From: Macrostomum lignano
Lineage: Eukaryota
Assembly: GCA_002269645.1 (NCBI GenBank)
Contig: NIVC01001195.1
Span: forward strand, 1-64,000
Reading direction: 5' to 3'
Length of the DNA stretch: 64,000 nt
Shown one piece after another: positions 58,391 to 64,000 of this stretch. A model generated the notes under the pieces. That model ran no database searches. It saw only the letters and a list, made by a program, of their open reading frames with translations, and was not told the DNA's origin. The first letter of the stretch is position 1; every line of letters starts with the position of its first letter. The position numbers and the translations under genes were made by a program.

Positions 58391-59319
58391 TGTACGAGCG
58401 TAGTACATGTAGATGCCAAAGAGCAGTGTCAGATAGCACAAATGGTGCATTGGTACCTCCACGCGCAGACGGGCGTTGAGGGTGTCCGATCTCACTCTAC
58501 GCCTCATCTGACCCTCAACGTACTTTTACAGAATTCTATACCTTGCCTCAAGAAAACACACTTCCTTCATGTGCAACTCCGAAGTGCAGAAGATGGGACA
58601 TCAGGAATGCCTCACCTTCTCCATGGCTTGTACATTCCTGGCACATGCATGTCAGTACGTATAACGCACATGCACCTGGCTAGAGTTTTTGGCACTGCTT
58701 AACATCAAGAACAACAGTTGACACGCATGCAGCGATACACCCACCCCATGCGCGCTCCGTACCCTCAGGGCTGCCCTTAATGGGCTTGAGTTTCTGTGCG
58801 CAGACCCCAATTAATGTGGCTGCGTGCGAACCCAGGTGGTGCCTTGTAGAACTCGTCAGTTACTTGCATGGTGTTTGACGCAAGGGTTTTTGGGTTTGTG
58901 AAAAGCTTCAAAACGACACCTGCTGGCTGCGGCTTCTTAGCGCTTTTTTCATGCTGAGGGCTGGCAGCTGCAGAGTGCGGAGGGGGAGATGCTACTTTCC
59001 CACCTCCTCATGCCGGTGCGTGCTTCTCATGCCATCGATGTAAGTGGAAAAAGGCACTCTTCATTTTCAGAACTAAACTCAAACTGAAAGTTGCAGGGCG
59101 GGATGCCAATTAGTCCACGTGAGCAGCTCCAACCTGCTGCAGCGCGCAACGCTTGAGTACTCTTCTCATGTGATTTCTACCTGGCAGTGTAAAAAATTCA
59201 CGAATGCCTATAAAAATAGCTATTTTTTGTCAGTTTAAGCCACTGCCAGCAACAGGGACAAGCCTAGCTTCAGACTTGCTTCTTTCTGAGGCTCCCACGT
59301 TTCTTGTTATTTTAATGTA

Positions 59320-59720
59320 CTGCTCCCTATACTGCTCCCTATGCTTCCTATACTGCTCACTATACTGCTCACTATACTGCTCACTATACTGCTCACTATA
59401 CTGCTCCCTATACTGCTCACAATACTGCTCCCTTTACTGCTCACTATGCTGCTTCCTATACTGCTCACAATACTGCTCCCTATACTGCTCACTATACTGC
59501 TCACAATACTGCTCACTTTACTGCTCACAATACTGCTCCCTATACTGCTCACAATACTGCTTCCTATACTGCTCACAATACTGCTCCCTATACTGCTCAC
59601 TATGCTTCCTATACTGCTCCCTATACTGCTCACTATACTGCTCCCTATACTGCTCACTATACTGCTCCCTATACTGCTCCCTATACTGCTCACTATGCTG
59701 CTCCCTATGCTCCCTTTGCT
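59320..59720. repeat. 12-nt minisatellite (ctatactgctca)
   Basis: Tandem units. Confidence 0.95.
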
Positions 59721-60611
59721 CCTTATGCATTCCGGGCAGCCGATTTTGTGTACATCTTGGTTGCGAATACATACCAGGCCTCAAAATGACAGCGAACTAC
59801 TTTGATTTGATTGAAGTTTAACAATATACGCCAGTTCAGTTTCCTTTCAGTTATTAATCGGTGCTAGGAATTCCGAATAGGAAACTGGAAAACAGTTAAT
59901 TAGGAACTAAAATTAGCTCGTATTGCTTGAAATTGAGTCACCAATTCTTCTCAGCTCAGCAAGATGAGGCCAGGCTGAACTGCCAGATTTTGAGGCCATA
60001 TACAGGGATTGAAAAGTCTACATGTACTTTTCACTACTGCTGGTCCCTACTACCTACTTTTTATAGTAGTATTCGTGGCTTTTATTGCGATACAGTATTC
60101 TGTTTCATTGCCATCGCTTCAGTCTCGCGATTCATTAAATTAGAAGATTGTTGCATGAAATCTAAAGCGGTGCACATTGGTCATTTGCAAGTCCGATCGG
60201 AACCTCTTGTGATGATTCATCGATGATCCCACTTAAGTACTCATGAAAAGCAAGTTCCGATATTAAGTTTATTGTTAGTAAACTTGGTTTGTACGTATTT
60301 ATACCTCATGCTGGTATCTGCTACGAGCTACAAAAATGAAACAAACACTTGAATTGAGTTGCCAATTCGGCACAGAGCGTTGCCAAGGGTGAAAATGCAA
60401 AACTGCCAGACCAGATAGTCTCAAATACGTCGTATTTTGGAAACCAAAAGTTTCTTTGCCTGTAAGTCTTTTAAAGATACATGAATGATTAAAAGTATTC
60501 CGAAACGACACAAGCCGCATGAATAGAAAATGTTTTGCAACATCAAAATAACTCAGTGATTCAGCTAATTCCCACCCTAACAACTAAAAGTGATTCAATT
60601 AATTCAGTACT

Positions 60612-61634
60612 TTAGGGCGACCGCACGAGACCGAAGAAGCTGCTGATCTCAGCCTCCGTCATCGTGTCGTTCATGACGGCCACCGCCTGCACCGTGCCGT
60701 TCAGCATTCGCGAGTCGCCATGTCGAAATCCCAAGCGGATGCAGCGGCATGTTGGAATCTCAGTTGTAGTACGGTTATTGATCTGAACCACACTCGACTG
60801 CGACACGAACCCGGAGTTGGAGAAGAAGTCGCGGCTTGACGGAGATGCAGAAGTAATGCCGACCTCAACAAATTCATCCGGGTTAAAGGAGTTTGTTGAA
60901 GCAGCTGTTCTGAACACAGAATAGTTTGGAGCTTTCCTAAAGAAGTACAAACCCCGCGTATTAGGATGTCCGTCCCAGAAGGCGGCCCCTATTAGAACTG
61001 AGACGCAGCTGTAACTCTCGATCAGAGGTGGGGCTACTTGGATCGCCCGCTTGAGCCTGACCAGCCACGTGAGTCCCTGCTGCACGCTCGCGAACTCCAC
61101 GTTCTCCAGCCACATCTTGGACGACACTCCGTCGAGCTTGGCTCCCTCGCTGCTCCACTCCACATTCTCCGACATCCACTGCTGCGTCTGGCCGCACACC
61201 AAGTTGCTCCTGCTGGCGTCCGCATCGTCGCTCATCACCCAGGCGGCCCTCAGCTTCGAGCCCACACCCAGCATGAGCTTCCTGCTCAAGGTGAGGAACT
61301 TGGCGGCTCTGTCATTGGCGAATGCGGCACAGCGGCGGGACTGTGAGCTCTCTGCAGCAGCGAGTCCATCGATGAGGTGGCACACTGCGGTGTATTGGAA
61401 GAGCGAGCACTGGCAAGTGTCCGAGTCGAACTGGGCCACCAGCTGGCCGGTCGAGTCTTTCGTGGACATGGCGAGCAGGACGCAGTCGGAGATGCCGAAT
61501 GGAGTTTCGGCCACCCGCACTGCTTGGGCCTCGGGCAGGCACTGCGGCAGTCCCAGATTCTGCCACTGGACAACAGAGCTGTCGCAAATGATCAGCTCGA
61601 CGCAGCAGAGCAGAATCAGAGCGCAGCCTGCCAT
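60612..61634 (-). CDS. Secreted PAN-like + LamG-like protein, copy C (single exon, 340 aa)
   Basis: Signal peptide MAGCALILLCCVELIIC; core near-identical to copies A/B from VAQFDSDT to LVRLKR; same LamG-like C-terminus. Confidence 0.85.
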   Translation of the reverse strand: MAGCALILLCCVELIICDSSVVQWQNLGLPQCLPEAQAVRVAETPFGISDCVLLAMSTKDSTGQLVAQFDSDTCQCSLFQYTAVCHLIDGLAAAESSQSRRCAAFANDRAAKFLTLSRKLMLGVGSKLRAAWVMSDDADASRSNLVCGQTQQWMSENVEWSSEGAKLDGVSSKMWLENVEFASVQQGLTWLVRLKRAIQVAPPLIESYSCVSVLIGAAFWDGHPNTRGLYFFRKAPNYSVFRTAASTNSFNPDEFVEVGITSASPSSRDFFSNSGFVSQSSVVQINNRTTTEIPTCRCIRLGFRHGDSRMLNGTVQAVAVMNDTMTEAEISSFFGLVRSP

Positions 61635-61846
61635 GAGGTGTGCGAGGTGTGTGACTTTGACTGCTCTTTAAATACATATGGTGTACTTCCTTTCGCGGGC
61701 TTAATTAGTTTAGGAAATTTTTGAATTAAGTGCTCAAGTCAGTAAGAGGCAAGCAATCTTCCGCTGAACCCTTAGAAAGCCAAGGACCACTAGTAGTTGC
61801 TTCTAGGTAACTAGGTTACTTAACTCCTAGTGGTCCTTAGAGCACC

Positions 61847-61852
61847 CACACA

Positions 61853-61912
<60 letters not shown>
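61847..61912. repeat. (CA)n microsatellite
   Basis: Direct reading. Confidence 0.98.
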
Positions 61913-61915
<3 letters not shown>

Positions 61916-62931
61916 ATACAGAAGCTATACAGGCACACCATTATACAAGGTGAACGACTATGTGGCCGTGCCTGCGGTATCGAACCCTGGTACCGCTGAG
62001 CTATCTTACAGATTCATGCGTGCTCACCTGTGTGCAGTTCATTAGCAACTTGCATGGCGCTCGTTTTAGCAGTATTTGAGTTCACAAAATGTTTGATCTT
62101 GATCACAAAATACACCTGGCTGCGGCCTGTATGCTTCTTAGCGCTCTTTTATGCTGATTCCGGCCTGGCAGCTGCTGAGGGACGCTGCTTTCCCACACTC
62201 CTCGTAGGCGTTCTTAGCTACTGCCTTTCCCGAACTAAACGCAAGAAGCTTGCTAGTTCTTCGCAGAGCAACTCCAACCTGCTGGAGCGTAACGCCGCTT
62301 GAGCACTCTTCTCATTGCGACATCCTACTGAGGCAGAGTGAAAACCTCTGCTCAGAACAATTGAATGCTTCCTCCTTTGAAGGCTAAATTTCTGTCAGCT
62401 CACAGCAGTAAAGAAAGATTGAGAATAAAAGAAAATCTTCCTGAAACATTTTCCCTTCTTTTCTCCTGACTAATGCGACTAGTGCTGCTCCCGCGTTTGA
62501 GATGCGCCTCAAGATTTCCAGACCCTATTCATGAGTTAAAGCTGGTAGCCAGAAGTGGGTAACTCTGGGTATTTTAACAGATGAGCAATAGTTAAGAAGA
62601 GAGATAGAGTTCGTGTTTGAGTACTGTATAAGTAAATTAGGCCTGATTACTAGTGCTAATACATTGACAGAATACAGAAAGGTCGTTAGCGGATGTGTGT
62701 ACTTCGAAGCGAGCAATTGTTTATCATCGCCATGAGGTGATATGTATGTAGCATCGGAAAAATATGCGTATACGAGTATTCTACAGTCAGGTGAAAAAGT
62801 GCGTTTGAGTCTGACACGAAGTTACAAGTGTGCTTGTTTATACGAGTGTAGTAAACTTTGCTGTTTAGCAAGCATACTCTGTCCCTGGTGCAGGCTGTGC
62901 CAGTTAGCCTGGAGGTGTCAGGACAGCCAGT

Positions 62932-63879
62932 TCACAGCTGCATGTCACAGCTGGAGACAGATGTCGATGAGCTCGTCACCGAGGCCTCCTCCATCCAGCT
63001 GACGCGGATCAGCTGCGGCAGGAACGGCGTCTCCGTTGCCATGGAAACAATGTCGGATCCGCGCAGCAGCAGCGACGTCTGGTCACTTGGTGACGGCGTC
63101 CTGCAGGAGAAGCGGCTGCAGCTGCTCAGGTCTGCGCAGTCTGCCGAGCCGCCTGCAGGCTGCTGGCCGGAGGTTGCCTGAGCCGCTTTCGTTGTCGCTG
63201 CTGTCAGGGTGGTCGCCGCCGAGATGACCGCCGAGGCCTCCGACTCCGAGGACAGCTCGCAGACCGCCGCCGATGGCAATCGACGAGCAACCGAAGAAGC
63301 CACGGCGGCTGCCGTCGCTGCCCAGCCGCCACGGCGATGGAACGCCCTGGGCTCGAATCCGAGGGCCTCCGCTGCCTCCGGCTGGCGGACTTTGCGGGCC
63401 AGCAGCGACCGCTGCAGCTGCGGGGTGGGTCGGTGGCGAGGCTGTTGAAGCAGACAGGCACAAAGTCACCAAGACACAAAAGCTCAAGGACACCCAGACA
63501 CTGCCGGACCTGAACTCGAACCGACAGCGCCTTTTCCTCAGCCTCCAGTCGGTCTCCGGTGAGCGCGATGCTCCATCGAACAACGTCGACCTGTTCGTGG
63601 CGGCAACAGTGCCACTCCTGACTGCAGGTCTCTCCGCCGGACTGGATGAAGAAATTGTCGGCGAAGGCAGCCGAGTCGACTCTGGCCGTATCGGTGTTGC
63701 TAACATTCGCCAGTTGTTGCCTCTCCGCCACCTGCAGCTCGTCATCGCTGCCGGGCAGCGGCGCGGCCACGCAGCAGGGGTTTTTCCTGTAGTGCCAGAG
63801 CCGCATCCGCGACTGCAGCACTGCAACCGAGGTTTTGAGTTGGTCAATCTTAGTGGAAACACGCTGCCTTCTACCCTGC
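62932..63879 (-). CDS. Probable terminal exon of an unidentified gene, with one likely frameshift near 63420
   Basis: Acceptor ctgcag at ~63880 and GC-rich codons. The frame STKIDQLKTSVAVLQSRMRL...CLGVLELLCLGDFVPVCFNSL continues after a shift into a Ser/Thr/Ala-rich tail ending at 62932. Confidence 0.35.
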
Positions 63880-64000
63880 AGCCCAGTTTGTGCCTACTGG
63901 CTTCCTCTGTATTCTACTTAAAGTAGATTCAAAAGGAGCCGATATTAAAATTTAGTTTGTATAATGAAGATACCAAAGAGTCCTTTCTGTTCTACTTTGG

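Overview
Eukaryotic (animal) genomic DNA, most likely a free-living flatworm such as Macrostomum. This is an inference from GC-rich exons, introns filled with private minisatellites, and an ATG-less first exon that fits a flatworm spliced leader. Host genes: spliced FICD/HYPE (AMPylase) and ECSIT on the minus strand, plus a four-member family of secreted PAN/Apple-like + LamG-like proteins (three complete copies, one broken) with a near-identical core and variable flanks. Mobile DNA dominates: two full-length Ty3/Gypsy elements with 4-bp TSDs (18259-28810 minus; 49636-55868 plus), mariner/Tc1 derivatives, a THAP fragment, LINE fragments, a tRNA-derived SINE, and a non-autonomous 8-bp-TSD element carrying a 28S rRNA-like fragment. 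Most striking observation: the first Gypsy element encodes a complete cold-shock-like domain plus a coiled coil at the start of Pol. It is reachable only through a UUUAAAC -1 frameshift right after the Gag CCHC knuckle, and the ORF track missed half of it. Several apparent frameshifts are single-base losses in homopolymers and are probably assembly errors.
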